Source: a virus
Taxonomy: Duplodnaviria; Caudoviricetes
IMG/VR virus record: IMGVR_UViG_3300044996_000347
Coordinates: 1 to 60,315 of that record
Reading direction: 5' to 3' (one strand)
Length of the DNA stretch: 60,315 bases
Made by a program: the position numbers and the translations under genes. The notes beneath the pieces are model-generated. The model was not told the DNA's origin and did not search any database. It was given only the letters and a program-made list of their open reading frames with translations. Within the stretch, counting starts at the first letter, position 1, and every line of letters starts with the position of its first letter. Below, piece after piece: positions 26,803 to 37,067 of the stretch.

Positions 26803-28134
26803 ATGGAAACTGACCAAATTGAATTAATGAAATGCAGAAATTGTAAATTTTGCAGTATTCCTAAATGCCCTGAACTAGAACATGCTGTATTTAGATGTTC
26901 AAAAGAAATTTCAGATGATAGAAGTATTGTTCAGCTAGAATCCTCTTGTTTTAATGGATTGTTTGAAAAATTAGAGAATAGTGAAATAAAAGAAGTATAT
27001 TATGAAATAATTAATATATTAAAAGAATTTATTGAAACAAGCGAGGAAAATTACCAATTCATTGCTTTATGGATATTGGGAACTCATTTTCACGATTACT
27101 TTCAAACTTACCCCTATCTTTTCATAAATGCAATGAAAGGTTCGGGGAAAAGTCGATTACTAAAATTAATCAAAACTTTATCTTGGCATGGAGATATGTT
27201 AGCTTCTTTGTCTGAAGCAGTCTTGTTTAGAACTTCTGGAACTTTATGTATTGATGAATTTGAGGAAATAGGCGGTAAAGATAAGAATAGTTTAAGAGAA
27301 TTACTTAATACGGCATATAAAAGGGGTGGAAAGGTAAAAAGGATGAAAAAGAGGCATACTGTTGTAGGAGATGAACAAGTAGTTGAAGAATTTTCTACTT
27401 TTAGACCTATTGCTATTGCTAATATTTGGGGGATGGAAGAAGTATTGGGGGATAGATGCCTTAACATTGTTTTAGAGAAGTCTTCCAATTCTACCATTAC
27501 TCGAAAGATAGAAAACTTTGAAAATAACCCCAAAATAGCAAAAATCATAGAAAAAATAGCCAAAATCCAAATTCAGTGTCGTTTGTGTCGTGTCGTTACG
27601 CAAAAAAACATATATGAGGAGTGGAATAACTATTTAAATATAACGACACTAACAACACATACTACACTAACTACACTTACTACATTTACTACACAAACGA
27701 CACAAAACGACACTAATATCACCTTTTTTGATAAAATTATAAAAACTGATTTAGATGGAAGAAATTTAGAACTACTATTTCCACTTTTTTTAATTGCAGA
27801 AGAAATAGGAGTTATAGATATAATTATTTCTATTGGAGTTAAGATTTCACATGATAAAAAAGAAGAAGATATAAATGAAAGCAGTGATGTATTAGTTTAT
27901 AGGCTTGTTTCTAATCAGACTACAAAAGATTGGATTAAAGTATCTGATTTAGTTAATTCTTTATCTTGGGAAATGAAAAATGAGGAAACAGATAAATGGC
28001 TTAATGCAAAATGGATGGGAAAGTGTCTTAAAAGGTTAAATTTACTAATCGATAAAAAAAGATTAAGTGATGGTAGAGTGGTAAAATTAAATATAGAAAA
28101 AGCAAAGGAGAAATTAAAAATCTTTGAAAGATGA
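26803..28134 (+). CDS. Replication helicase-like AAA+ ATPase (DUF3631-like) with N-terminal Cys cluster
   Basis: AMKGSGKS Walker A, LCIDE Walker B, LGDRC Arg finger, wHTH-like C-terminus. Confidence 0.85.
   Translation: METDQIELMKCRNCKFCSIPKCPELEHAVFRCSKEISDDRSIVQLESSCFNGLFEKLENSEIKEVYYEIINILKEFIETSEENYQFIALWILGTHFHDYFQTYPYLFINAMKGSGKSRLLKLIKTLSWHGDMLASLSEAVLFRTSGTLCIDEFEEIGGKDKNSLRELLNTAYKRGGKVKRMKKRHTVVGDEQVVEEFSTFRPIAIANIWGMEEVLGDRCLNIVLEKSSNSTITRKIENFENNPKIAKIIEKIAKIQIQCRLCRVVTQKNIYEEWNNYLNITTLTTHTTLTTLTTFTTQTTQNDTNITFFDKIIKTDLDGRNLELLFPLFLIAEEIGVIDIIISIGVKISHDKKEEDINESSDVLVYRLVSNQTTKDWIKVSDLVNSLSWEMKNEETDKWLNAKWMGKCLKRLNLLIDKKRLSDGRVVKLNIEKAKEKLKIFER
27575..27714. repeat. Iteron-like 9-mer array inside the helicase gene
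   Basis: Eight (a/t)ac(g/t/a)aca-type units at 27642..27714 facing three inverted gtgtcgt units at 27575..27597. Confidence 0.8.
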
Positions 28135-28364
28135 CAACTAAATCTTCTTCAATCTGCCCCTTTTTTCAAAAAGGAGATTGTGTTCACCTTAATCCAGATT
28201 CTCTCGGAAAAAAAGATAAAAGGGTATGTATTTATAATAATCAATTAAAATGTCCAGAATTTCTTAAATGGAAGAATAAACAAACCAAATGGGATTTTGA
28301 TAACTATTGGGTTTTAAGAGAAGTTAAAAAACTTGAGGAAGAAGAGTATGATTCACAGAACTAA
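28131..28364 (+). CDS. Small Cys/His-rich protein
   Basis: CPFF...CVH...C...CPEF. Confidence 0.65.
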   Translation: MTTKSSSICPFFQKGDCVHLNPDSLGKKDKRVCIYNNQLKCPEFLKWKNKQTKWDFDNYWVLREVKKLEEEEYDSQN

Positions 28365-28561
28365 ACTTGTAGTAATTCCCAAAAGGATTAAACAATCTGA
28401 GGTCTATATTTTCTCTTTAGTGGAGAGCTCACCTCTTTTTTTTGGCAGACGACCTAATGTTTTCAGATGTCGTAGGAAGGATGACGCCAAGTTCTGTGAA
28501 AAAGTGTTACCCCTAAATAATAATTATAAATATTTAAATACTTTAATATTATAATATTATA

Positions 28562-28699
28562 ATGAAAACAATAACAATAACAGAAAAGCTTTGGGATTAT
28601 CTTTGGAATACAAAAAGGGATAATCAAATGAAATCCCTTGAAGAAGCTATATGGAGTTATATTGCTTATGAAACTAAAGAAGAGGAGCAGGAAAAATGA
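28562..28699 (+). CDS. Small RHH-like DNA-binding protein
   Basis: MKTITITEKLWDYL...SLEEAI; TATA tttaaata about 30 nt upstream, leaderless. Confidence 0.6.
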   Translation: MKTITITEKLWDYLWNTKRDNQMKSLEEAIWSYIAYETKEEEQEK

Positions 28700-29115
28700 A
28701 TTTGGTTCAATACGAGAATTACTTAAAAGATATGGGAATATCTCAAATTATTGTAAATGAGGAAATCTGTGCTTATAAAGTTCAGAAAAGCTTTATAGAA
28801 GATTTTGGAGAGAGGATATGAATCATAAAACTTGCCCATATAAAAAAAATGAAAATTGCAAACTTACAAAAGAGCAATGTACCTTGCCATCAAGATTATA
28901 TAAAATCTGTTCAGAATATCAAGAAAAAGAGGAACTAAAAAATGAATGAAAGTTATGCAAAATCTGCAGCATCAAGTATACCATGAAAACCCACATAATC
29001 TATAAAGGCAAAGCCAAAGACTGCCAGAAATACCTTGAGTTATTAGAATGCAGGTTTTATGGGTATAAGTTGGAAGATGTAATTAAAATTATAAATAACC
29101 ACAAGGAGGAAAGAC

Positions 29116-29415
29116 ATGGTAACACTAAATGATTTTGCAAAAGCATATACACCAGAAGCAACTAAAAACATATCTGATTTGAAAGAAGTTGATGTTAGTC
29201 TTGAGCTTCAGAATAGAGAAGCACAGGACAAAGATGGCAACACTTTTAAATATAAAGTAATTGTTGTTAATGGTGAAGAATACAGAGTTCCAAATTCAGT
29301 TATTGGAAGCTTGAAAGCTATACTTGAAAAGAAACCAACTTTAAAGAAGTTCAGTGTAGCAAGACAAGGCAAAACAAAAGAAGATACCAAATATACGGTC
29401 ATACCTTTGGATTAA
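29116..29415 (+). CDS. Putative ssDNA-binding (OB-fold) protein
   Basis: Beta-rich, with C-terminal RQGKTKEDTKYTV motif; SD aggag. Confidence 0.6.
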   Translation: MVTLNDFAKAYTPEATKNISDLKEVDVSLELQNREAQDKDGNTFKYKVIVVNGEEYRVPNSVIGSLKAILEKKPTLKKFSVARQGKTKEDTKYTVIPLD

Positions 29416-29513
29416 GTTCGTATAAGCTGGATTAAGAGAAGTTTAATTTCAATTTAGCATTAACAGGAAAATTTTGCTCCTGTTTCATACTCTTCCATTA
29501 AAAACCTCATTTA

Positions 29514-29572
29514 GGGGGGATTAAGGGTGGAAGAGGGGTCAAATACCTACCCTATATTACCTTAATCCCCCC
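29514..29572. other. GC-rich 13-bp perfect hairpin
   Basis: ggggggattaagg / ccttaatcccccc. Confidence 0.8.
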
Positions 29573-29588
29573 GCTATTACTTAAAAAT

Positions 29589-30023
29589 ATGGAAACAATA
29601 AACAAACAAATTGTAGAATTGGAGAAAAAGATAGATTTAATAAAAAAATTCTGGGAGAAATATCTTGAATCTGATATTTTAGAACAACGAAGACAACTTG
29701 GAGAATTGGGCTTGGTGGATGATTTAGCCCAAGAAGGATTTCCAGACTGGAAAGATATGACAAAAGAAAAACAAATTGGGCTTCGCAAGCGTATTCTTGT
29801 AACAATATTACATGGATACTTAGATGATATGAGAAGCACTATTAAAGAAGCTATTATTGAAGATGCTTTTGAGAAGTTGAAAAAAAGAATTAGTATACAA
29901 GGTAATCTATCTCATAGGATTGTAGAAATAAATGGAGAATATAAACATCTTCATGATTATGTTCTTAATGAAATTGTAATAGATATTATCAATGAAATAA
30001 AATCAGAGGTAATAGGAAAATGA
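29589..30023 (+). CDS. Hypothetical helical protein
   Basis: 144-aa ORF. Confidence 0.7.
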   Translation: METINKQIVELEKKIDLIKKFWEKYLESDILEQRRQLGELGLVDDLAQEGFPDWKDMTKEKQIGLRKRILVTILHGYLDDMRSTIKEAIIEDAFEKLKKRISIQGNLSHRIVEINGEYKHLHDYVLNEIVIDIINEIKSEVIGK

Positions 30024-30072
30024 AGTTAACTGATTCTCAGCTATATAACTATGGGATAATTGGACAAGAATT

Positions 30073-30199
30073 AATAAAAGTTATAAAAAGAGCAGAAATG
30101 TTTGATAAACTTGTCATAAATGATATAAAATCTCATTTGATGAATAATCTAAACAAAAACAAGCGGGTAGATTAGCATGAAAACTAAAGAAGAAATTTT
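30073..30199 (+). repeat. Exact 127-bp direct repeat, copy 2
   Basis: Identical to 1..127. Confidence 0.97.
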
Positions 30200-30680
30200 A
30201 AGGATGAATAAAAAAGAATTATTTGCTTATAAATGGAATGACGATTTTGATGAAGAAGATGATTGTTCTGATTGTTATAATTGTTCAAATTGTGCTCATT
30301 GCCATAATTGTAATGATTGTTCTGATTGTTTTAATTGTTCAAATTGTGATGGTTGTTTTGATTGTGATGGTTGTTTTTATTGTTTTAATTGTTATTGCTG
30401 TAGAAATCTAAGAAGAGAAAGTTATTGTATCTGCAATATTAAATTAACTAGAGAAGAATATGAGAGGAAAATGGAGGAGTTGAAAAATGATAGAGAAGAT
30501 AAAGAATTAGGATTGAAGATCGCAACGAGTAGAGCAGAGCAGATATGGGGCAATGTCCTGAAAGAAGCAGAGCAGTTAATCATGCAATCTAAGGACAATA
30601 TTGTTATCCAAGAAGCTCTTGAGAAGTTAGCTAGGGATAAACTTAAAGAATTGGAGAATGAAAACAAGCGGGTAGATTAG
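30177..30680 (+). CDS. Cys-rich repeat protein paralog 2, fused to a helical domain
   Basis: CxxCxx repeats followed by EDKELGLKIAT... Confidence 0.8.
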   Translation: MKTKEEILRMNKKELFAYKWNDDFDEEDDCSDCYNCSNCAHCHNCNDCSDCFNCSNCDGCFDCDGCFYCFNCYCCRNLRRESYCICNIKLTREEYERKMEELKNDREDKELGLKIATSRAEQIWGNVLKEAEQLIMQSKDNIVIQEALEKLARDKLKELENENKRVD

Positions 30681-30681
30681 C

Positions 30682-31038
30682 ATGAAAACTAAAGAAGAAA
30701 TCTTGAAGATGAGCAAGCAAGAGTTATTTAATTATAAATGGACTGATGATTTAGCTCCAAAAAATTACTGCTCTAATTGCTTCAATTGCTCTGATTGCTT
30801 CAATTGCTCTGATTGCTCTTATTGCACTGATTGCTTCAATTGCTCTGATTGCTCTGATTGCTCTTATTGCTTTTATTGCTCTGATTGCTCTTATTGCTCT
30901 TATTGCTTCAATTGCTCTAATTGCTCTTATTGCAGGAACTTACACAATAAAAAAACAGGTTATTATATCTGCAATATAGAAGTAACTAAAGAAGAATACG
31001 AGAAGAAAATGGAGGAACTAAAAAATGATAGAAGATAA
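30682..31038 (+). CDS. Cys-rich repeat protein paralog 3
   Basis: 9-nt units using TGC codons. Confidence 0.85.
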   Translation: MKTKEEILKMSKQELFNYKWTDDLAPKNYCSNCFNCSDCFNCSDCSYCTDCFNCSDCSDCSYCFYCSDCSYCSYCFNCSNCSYCRNLHNKKTGYYICNIEVTKEEYEKKMEELKNDRR

Positions 31039-31110
31039 AGAATTAGAACAAGCTTTTGATGAATTGGAAAAAGAAATAATCGATAAAATAAAAGCAGAGG
31101 CAATGGGATA

Positions 31111-31317
31111 ATGAAATTAACTGAAAAAAAGAAAAAATTGCTTAGAGAATTTGTTGATTTTAAATGTGAAAATTGCCATAAACACGAAACTATAACTGGA
31201 ACTTTATGGATTCATCACATTAATAGAAAATGCCATGGAGGATCAGATAATTTTAGAAATCTAAAGGTAATATGTTCAGCATGTTCTAAATTAATTCATT
31301 ATAAAGAATGGAAATAA
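31111..31317 (+). CDS. HNH endonuclease
   Basis: CENC...HHINR...GG...NL...CSAC...H. Confidence 0.85.
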   Translation: MKLTEKKKKLLREFVDFKCENCHKHETITGTLWIHHINRKCHGGSDNFRNLKVICSACSKLIHYKEWK

Positions 31318-31621
31318 TAATTAAAGCAATCATTATGCATAAAAAACCAGAAATAATGTCAATTAGAGTTAATGAATTAAACTGGAAAAAAATATTTTTA
31401 AAATTAGAATTCGAAAAAAGAAAAATCATAAACCAATTAAAAAGATATGAAAAGCAAGGATTAATTAAATCAATATTTATTCCAAAAAATAAAAAAATAC
31501 AATCAAAGTTAAATCAATTAATAGAATGTAAAAGAATTATCACTAAATCGTTACAACAAATAGATAGTGTATTTAATTAATTAATCAAAAGATTTATATA
31601 TATACTTTTATTAAAACTTAA

Positions 31622-31828
31622 ATGAGATTAAAATTAAGAAAGGTGATGTCTTGTAAAAAACAAATAGTATATGGTTTAACAGTACCAAATGAGATAGCTA
31701 TTTTTTTTAAAGGAATTGAATTTGATGTTGAAAAATCAGGATGTTCTATTATATATACTTCTGGAGGAAATTCGATAATTACAACAAAAGAATTAAAAGA
31801 TTATAAATTTGAAGACGCAAAAATATGA
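31622..31828 (+). CDS. AbrB-like small DNA-binding protein
   Basis: KLRKV...YGLTVPNEIA; TATA upstream. Confidence 0.55.
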   Translation: MRLKLRKVMSCKKQIVYGLTVPNEIAIFFKGIEFDVEKSGCSIIYTSGGNSIITTKELKDYKFEDAKI

Positions 31829-33051
31829 AAAAGATAATAACAGTTTTATCAGATGCTCCATTCATCCCAACAGGATATAGAAATCAAGCAATACAACTTA
31901 TTCAACACCTTGAAAATGACGGGCATGAGATTCATTATCTGGCAAATGCATATATTGGAGCAACAATGAATGGTATAGAACTAACAGATGGAACAAAAAT
32001 AAAAGCAAAAATATACGGAAGTGCATACGGACAAGATTATTTTAGAAATCAATTAAGCCAGCATTTGAAAGAAACAAAGAGTGATATATTAATTATTTTG
32101 CTCGATACATTCATGCTTTATCCATGGTTATTAGAATTAGATTTAAGCCCAGCAAAAACTTATTTTTGGTTCCCATCAGATGGTGGTGGTGGAATGCCAA
32201 AAGGATGTGAAAACATACTAAAAAAAGTAGATTGTCCTGTCGCGATGTCCAAATTTGGACAAAAACAGGTATTTGATTATTATCAGATAAAGGCAGATTA
32301 TATACCTCACGGAATAGATAAAAAAAGATTTTTTAGGTTACCTGATAAGGAAAGAAATGAATTAAGAGCAAGATGGGGATTTAATGATAAATTTGTGATT
32401 GGAGTAGTTGCAAGAAATCAACCAAGAAAATTTCTTGATAGAACATTCAAAATAATGAGAATAATAAAAGAAAAAATACCCCATGCTGTTCTATTTCTTC
32501 ATTTGGACCCCAATGATGCCGCACAATCATTTAATATGGCTAGTGTAATTCAAAAATACGGACTTGAAAATAGAGTAATATTCTCTGGAATGCAAGCACA
32601 TAAAGGATTTGATTGGAATAAAATGAATGAAATATATAATTTAATGGACGTTTTTCTATTGACAACAAGCGGGGAAGGATTTGGAATACCCATAATAGAA
32701 GCAATGAGTTGTGAAGTTCCAGTGCTTATGACAGATTATACAACTTGCCAGGAATTAGTGAAAGATAATCAATCTGGAATAGGAATAGACTTAAGTGGGG
32801 TAGAAACAATTAATTGGAATGATATAAACTTGCAAGAAGCAGACATAAAATCTATTAATGGAACTATTATGGGAAGTTGGGAAGTTGAAAGAGGATGTTG
32901 TTCTATCACTGATGGAGCAGAAAAAATTATAAAACTTTACTTAAATCAAAATACAATAAAAGAATTAGGTAAAAATGGAAGAATTGCAGTTGAAAGAGAA
33001 TATGATTTTGGAAAAGTATATGAAAAATGGAAAAAAACATTATTTATTTAA
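31825..33051 (+). CDS. GT4 (GT-B) glycosyltransferase
   Basis: TGY, IPHG, ARNQPRK, GEGFGIPIIEAMSC. Confidence 0.93.
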   Translation: MKKIITVLSDAPFIPTGYRNQAIQLIQHLENDGHEIHYLANAYIGATMNGIELTDGTKIKAKIYGSAYGQDYFRNQLSQHLKETKSDILIILLDTFMLYPWLLELDLSPAKTYFWFPSDGGGGMPKGCENILKKVDCPVAMSKFGQKQVFDYYQIKADYIPHGIDKKRFFRLPDKERNELRARWGFNDKFVIGVVARNQPRKFLDRTFKIMRIIKEKIPHAVLFLHLDPNDAAQSFNMASVIQKYGLENRVIFSGMQAHKGFDWNKMNEIYNLMDVFLLTTSGEGFGIPIIEAMSCEVPVLMTDYTTCQELVKDNQSGIGIDLSGVETINWNDINLQEADIKSINGTIMGSWEVERGCCSITDGAEKIIKLYLNQNTIKELGKNGRIAVEREYDFGKVYEKWKKTLFI

Positions 33052-34217
33052 TTAACCCAAGTGAAGAAGGAATACTTGAGCATGCAGGAGATAGAGTACC
33101 TATAGGGTTAATTAGTATAGCAGGAAATTTAAGGAAACACGGATTCAAGCCAAAAGTTTTTGATTTAAACCATCAAGGTAGAGAAGAAGTAATACAGCAA
33201 GCATATCGTGAAAGACCACGAGCTATAGGGATATCTGCTTATACAAGTTGTATGTATGATCGTGCTGTTGACTTAGCAGAAAACTTAGAAGAAACTGAAG
33301 CAAGACTTATAGCTGGGGGATATCATGCAACATTCATGCCAGAAACATTGACAGATTATTTTGATGCAGTAGTCCAAGGAGAAGGAGAAGATGCAATGAT
33401 TGAAGCATTAGACCAGGACGGGATTATTAAGGCAAGTAGAGTTAATCTTGCAACAATACCACCATTAGATTTTAGATTTATTGACTTAAGAAAATATGGG
33501 ATAGGAAAAAAACAAGCAACAATGATAACAAGTAGAGGATGTCCATATTCATGTTCATTTTGTGGAAATATGGAACATCAAGTCAGATATAATACTCTTG
33601 ATGACATATTTAATCAATTTGAGCAAATAGATAGGGCAGGATTTGAATCAGTTTATTTTCTTGATGATGTATTCACAATGAATATGGAAAGAATGAGATC
33701 AGTTTTAAGTGGATTAAATATGCCATTTAGAGTAACAACAAGAGCTAATTTACTTAATCCTGCAAAATTGGATGAATTAGCAGATTCTGGATGCGAATGG
33801 TTAAGCATGGGGATAGAATCAGGAAACGATGACATTTTATTAAATTCAAGAAAAGGAATGACAACATTAGATAATTATATTGCAGTTAGGGAAGCATATA
33901 GAAGAGGAATAAAGACCAAGGGATTTTTCATAATTGGACTGCCAGGAGAGACAGAACAAACTGCAATGCAAACCATAGATTTCTCAAAAAGGTTAAGAGA
34001 TGTTGGACTTACAACAGCAGATTTCTATTATTTAATGCCATTCCCTGGTACACCAATATTCAGAAATCCAGAAAGATTTGGATTAAAAATTGTAGATAAT
34101 AATTGGAGAAATTATCTTCAAGCAGGGAAGAATGCCAAACCTGTTGTAGAAACAGAAAAATTAAAATTAAGCAAAATTGAGGAATTAGTAACTAAAGCAA
34201 GAGAACTATGGAAATAA
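33027..34217 (+). CDS. B12-binding radical SAM enzyme (class B methyltransferase-like)
   Basis: GGYHAT, GEGE, TSRGCPYSCSFC, GIESG, IIGLPGET. Confidence 0.93.
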   Translation: MEKNIIYLINPSEEGILEHAGDRVPIGLISIAGNLRKHGFKPKVFDLNHQGREEVIQQAYRERPRAIGISAYTSCMYDRAVDLAENLEETEARLIAGGYHATFMPETLTDYFDAVVQGEGEDAMIEALDQDGIIKASRVNLATIPPLDFRFIDLRKYGIGKKQATMITSRGCPYSCSFCGNMEHQVRYNTLDDIFNQFEQIDRAGFESVYFLDDVFTMNMERMRSVLSGLNMPFRVTTRANLLNPAKLDELADSGCEWLSMGIESGNDDILLNSRKGMTTLDNYIAVREAYRRGIKTKGFFIIGLPGETEQTAMQTIDFSKRLRDVGLTTADFYYLMPFPGTPIFRNPERFGLKIVDNNWRNYLQAGKNAKPVVETEKLKLSKIEELVTKARELWK

Positions 34218-34405
34218 TATGCATATATCAATTCAATCCAGAATTAATTGCATCAAAAGATCATGGAGATTGCAATCATTGTAAATCAAATGAAAGAAAT
34301 AAAATATGTAGATCATATACCCCAGTAAAAATAAAAGACCTTTATTGGATGTTTAATAGGCAATATGTTGAAAGCAGATTAAAGGAAATAACAGATGGAC
34401 AATAA
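34208..34405 (+). CDS. Small Cys-rich protein, homolog of 1486..1686
   Basis: Shared Cys/LYW pattern. Confidence 0.75.
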   Translation: MEIICIYQFNPELIASKDHGDCNHCKSNERNKICRSYTPVKIKDLYWMFNRQYVESRLKEITDGQ

Positions 34406-34853
34406 GACAAAAGGAAGAAAAAATAGGCAAAAAGGGAAAGAATTTGAGCGCAAAATTAGAGAAGACCTTGAAAAAAAAGGATGGATAGTTATAAGATGGG
34501 ATAAAAATATTGATTTAATTAATAAAAAATTGATAAATTCAAAGCCAAAGTTTAATCCATTTACAAAAAGTTTAATTATGAATTCTGGAGGATTTCCAGA
34601 CTTTTTATGCATAAAATTTAAGACAAATGGATATGGAATACAATGTCTTCCTAAAGGAAAATGGAATATGAATATTACTCCAATTTTTGATATTCGATTA
34701 GTAGAATGCAAGATTAATGGTTATCTTACACCAGAAGAAAGAGAAAAATGCAAATGGATAAAAATAAATTTAAAGATACCTATAGTTATTGCAAGCAAGA
34801 ATAAAAAAGAGATTAAATATGAAGAATTTAAATTAAATGAAGAAATTGGTTGA
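34395..34853 (+). CDS. hjc: Archaeal-type Holliday junction resolvase
   Basis: GKEFERKIREDLEKKGW...PDFL...LVECK (PD-(D/E)xK). Confidence 0.8.
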   Translation: MDNKTKGRKNRQKGKEFERKIREDLEKKGWIVIRWDKNIDLINKKLINSKPKFNPFTKSLIMNSGGFPDFLCIKFKTNGYGIQCLPKGKWNMNITPIFDIRLVECKINGYLTPEEREKCKWIKINLKIPIVIASKNKKEIKYEEFKLNEEIG

Positions 34854-35049
34854 TGTAACAATGAATGAAGATATAAGGCTACAAAATACCTATGGAACGG
34901 ACGCAATATGTGGATATATCAGAAATCCTAAAAGATATAATCAAATTATAGTTGGAACTTGTGCATTAGACAGCAAATATTGCTCAAAAAGACTTCCAAT
35001 GGATGAATTAAACTGCAGGAGGCAAATACAATATTTCTTTTTTAACTGA
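34837..35049 (+). CDS. Small Cys-containing hypothetical protein
   Basis: Coupled ORF in the operon. Confidence 0.55.
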   Translation: MKKLVDVTMNEDIRLQNTYGTDAICGYIRNPKRYNQIIVGTCALDSKYCSKRLPMDELNCRRQIQYFFFN

Positions 35050-36371
35050 TGGAAAAATTAATTGTAGTTATAATGGGGCAGGATTGTGAAAGATTTATAA
35101 AAATGAATATTAAAAGTATTAAAGATGCAGATGCCGTAGTATTCTGTGATGGAGGAAGTAAAGACAAGTCACAAGATATAGTAATTGAAAATACCAGAAA
35201 AGATAGAGAGGTTATAATAATAAAAAATGATTATAATCAAGAAGATAAAGCAATGAATGGAAAACAAAGAAATTTTTATTTAAATTATCTTAAAGAATTT
35301 CATCCAAATGACTGGGCATTATGTATTGATGCAGATGAAGTAGTTGAAGATATAGATAAAATAAAAGAATTTATTCAAAAAGCAATACCAAATTTATATT
35401 CAGTTAAAATGAGGCATTTCATTGGTGATCTCGGACATGAAGATGCAACCCAAAAAGAACATTATGTATTAAATAGATTATTCAAAATAAGCGAAGCCAG
35501 ATCATATCCAGAAGTTGAGCATCCAGTATTGCAAAATAATGATACTAAAAAAGTAAGTGCATTCACAGATTGTACAACAATATGGCATATAGCATATGCT
35601 CCAAATATGTGGGAATTAAAAAAAAGATATGAAAACCATATGAAAAAATCAAATATGCATACTCCAGAATATCTAAAAAATTGGTATTATTCTCATTTAT
35701 TTGGAAAATATCCAAAATCAGAAATTAATCCCATAGAAATCCCATCAATTATTTTAAATGAATTTGGAATAGATAAAGATGAATTCTATTTTCAAGGGCG
35801 TTACTTAGAAGTTAAACATTTTATTATGATGAAGCAATGGGTAGATTATATTAAAAAAGAGTTAGCAATGCCAATAGATTATAATCCATACATTCTTGAA
35901 TATGGTGCGGGATTAGGACCATATGGGGTTGCAGCAAAATTCGCAAATGCAATATATTCAGGAATTGAAATAAGCAAATATGCAATAATGTTTAATCCAT
36001 TTAAAGTAGATTTAATTCACGGAAATATAATAAATACAAACACAAAAAAACAACCAGATATGGTATTATGTATAGATGTACTTGAACATTTAAATAATGA
36101 AGAATTAGAACTTGCATTAGAAAATATAAAAGAGGATTGTATATTTATATTTAGCATTCCATTTATTGGAGATCCAAATCTTGAAGCAGATAATACGCAT
36201 AAACAATTTAAGACAAAAGAAGAATGGATAAAAAAGTTTAATGATCATGAATTTGAAATAAGGGAGGCTCCTAAAGATTGGTTATTTAACCAGCAAATAT
36301 TAATAGGATATTTAAAGAATGGTATTTATAATCGTAAAATGCAAATGCAACAACAATCAAATAACAAATGA
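35049..36371 (+). CDS. GT2 glycosyltransferase fused to a class I SAM methyltransferase
   Basis: DGGSKD, IDADE; ILEYGAGLG, DVLEHL. Confidence 0.9.
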   Translation: MEKLIVVIMGQDCERFIKMNIKSIKDADAVVFCDGGSKDKSQDIVIENTRKDREVIIIKNDYNQEDKAMNGKQRNFYLNYLKEFHPNDWALCIDADEVVEDIDKIKEFIQKAIPNLYSVKMRHFIGDLGHEDATQKEHYVLNRLFKISEARSYPEVEHPVLQNNDTKKVSAFTDCTTIWHIAYAPNMWELKKRYENHMKKSNMHTPEYLKNWYYSHLFGKYPKSEINPIEIPSIILNEFGIDKDEFYFQGRYLEVKHFIMMKQWVDYIKKELAMPIDYNPYILEYGAGLGPYGVAAKFANAIYSGIEISKYAIMFNPFKVDLIHGNIINTNTKKQPDMVLCIDVLEHLNNEELELALENIKEDCIFIFSIPFIGDPNLEADNTHKQFKTKEEWIKKFNDHEFEIREAPKDWLFNQQILIGYLKNGIYNRKMQMQQQSNNK

Positions 36372-36437
36372 TACATCAACAATTATGGTTAAATGTAAAA
36401 TCTGTAAAAGAATATTAACATTTCCTCAAGGAGGAAA

Positions 36438-37067
36438 ATGTATAATAAATGGAAGAATAATAGAAAAACTATGGTAAAATTTATATTTGAAAATAATGAA
36501 ATAGATTTTAATCAAGAAAAGAATGAAATATTGGCAAATGATGAACTAATGAGAATGATGGAAACAAATTCAGATTTATCAGCAAGATTTCATAAAGAAT
36601 TAAGAAAATACTATAAATCAGATAAAATTAAATTAAATATAGGTAGCGGATTCAGACCAAAAATAGATTTTATTAATTTGGATTATGATGAAAAGACATA
36701 CCCCGATATAATAAGAAATATAGATGAAGGATTGCCTTTTGATTCAGATAAATTTGATGAAATATACACAAGTCATGTAATTGAACATGTAAAAGATATA
36801 TTTCTTTTTATATATGAAATGTGGAGAGTAACAAAAAATAAAGGAACAATAACAATAATATGCCCTAATGGACATAATGTGTTTGCATCAATTCAACCAG
36901 ACCATTTAAGGCAGATTAGTTATTCATATTTTGATAGATGGAGACCAGAGCATAGAAGTGTTCAAAATGAATTAAAACAAACCAGAGGAGCATTCTTCAA
37001 TATAATTAAAAGAGAATTATTTAATGAAGAAAGAGAAATTAAATTTATTTTGGAAGTAGTAAAATGA
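36438..37067 (+). CDS. Class I SAM methyltransferase (type 11-like)
   Basis: LNIGSG, LPF, SHVIEHV, WRVTKNKG. Confidence 0.88.
   Translation: MYNKWKNNRKTMVKFIFENNEIDFNQEKNEILANDELMRMMETNSDLSARFHKELRKYYKSDKIKLNIGSGFRPKIDFINLDYDEKTYPDIIRNIDEGLPFDSDKFDEIYTSHVIEHVKDIFLFIYEMWRVTKNKGTITIICPNGHNVFASIQPDHLRQISYSYFDRWRPEHRSVQNELKQTRGAFFNIIKRELFNEEREIKFILEVVK

Larger units (their letters stand above)
1..30072. mobile_element. Putative circular genome of a non-tailed, membrane-assembled (spindle-shaped-like) archaeal virus
   Basis: Bounded by the exact 127-bp repeat; has recombinase, ATPase, helicase, SSB, paired two-TM capsid-like paralogs and LamG surface proteins; no terminase, portal or HK97 MCP. 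Confidence 0.65.

Noticed and set aside
27114-27563. 149-aa minus-strand ORF and similar antisense ORFs (e.g. 47890..48297, 49128..49493)
   Set aside because: Antisense shadows of well-supported plus-strand genes
28333-28554. 73-aa ORF
   Set aside because: TTG start, overlaps the upstream gene and runs across the promoter of 28562; probably non-coding
30223-30411. Hydrophobic MIVLIVIIV... ORF
   Set aside because: Alternative-frame shadow of the Cys repeat
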